Positions 63,351 to 64,000 of a DNA stretch of 64,000 bases are shown in pieces. Below the pieces are notes generated by a model. It searched no databases. It saw only the letters and a list, made by a program, of their open reading frames with translations, and was not told the DNA's origin. The stretch comes from Leptogorgia sarmentosa (taxonomy: Eukaryota): the NCBI GenBank assembly GCA_964658305.1, contig OZ210885.1, positions 24,862,001-24,926,000 of the forward strand, given 5' to 3'. The stretch's first letter is position 1. Each line of letters begins with the position of its first letter. The translations under genes were made by a program, and so were the position numbers.

Positions 63351-64000
63351 TAAGGCGAACTTTGTTTCTGCATGCTTTTAAGAAATATAAGACGGAGCTT
63401 TTTGCTGTGCTTACACTGTGGATAATGGATCTATTAAATAGCTATAATTTCCTCTGGCAAATTTCTAGAATTCAGCCCAATATTTAGACATTTAGACATG
63501 TACATGCAGGTGTTCCTTGTGTTCGTACAAAATTCATGATGGTTAAAAATGCTTTTGGAAGGTGGTATAATCAAGGGTTCCTCGCACTACTTTAGAGTGC
63601 GTAGTTTATGACATGACATTTTGAACAACGTTATGTTGTTTGCATAAAAGGATCTTTTAAAATGAAAATATAACTTCTTTTGTAGATTTATTTTATATGC
63701 CAATAATACAACGTGTGACGTCGCACTGCATAATGATTTCTATGAGATTGCTTATTTTGTAGCGCATAACAACATAAAATAACCAAAGCTGCATTTTATG
63801 TGCCTAAGCTATGATAATTCACTACACGGCAGTATTTCTTTGTGGATTATTTAATTTTTAACCACTTTCGAACTTAATGATGGGCTTTGGTAACCATTAT
63901 GCAGTGTGATGTCATACGTTGTATTATTTGCATACCAAACAAATTTAAATATTTCGAGATTACGTAATAAATATGAGAATTTGTCAAATATATGCATACC

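Overview
AT-rich eukaryotic DNA with short GT-AG introns. The repeat repertoire suggests a marine invertebrate, probably an anthozoan cnidarian (inference only). No ordinary host gene is recognisable: the window is a nest of transposons. Main contents: (1) two diverged multi-exon KDZ/Zisupton-type transposase genes (<117-16920, dead; 55542-62087, one in-frame stop); (2) an intact-looking IS3EU-type DNA transposon (401-4042; 163-bp TIRs, 6-bp TSD) whose second gene is a two-exon alpha-kinase; (3) an AcademH transposon (4082-11280; 9-bp TSD) with a 5-exon transposase and a RecQ-like helicase split by a MITE; (4) an orphan gene ending in a herpesvirus-type (C76-like) deubiquitinase domain; (5) a ~19.9-kb EnSpm/CACTA element (24757-44606) with a SAM-domain gene and a transposase split by a young Copia retrotransposon; (6) hAT transposase ORFs and many MITEs; (7) a repeat family that folds into strand-specific ~140-nt hairpins with regularly spaced tandem G.A mismatches and a GCGAAGC cap. 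The best candidates for something undescribed are the kinase-carrying IS3EU element, the G.A/GCGAAGC hairpin family and the C76-like protease gene. All exon models and translations were made by hand; no database search was run.
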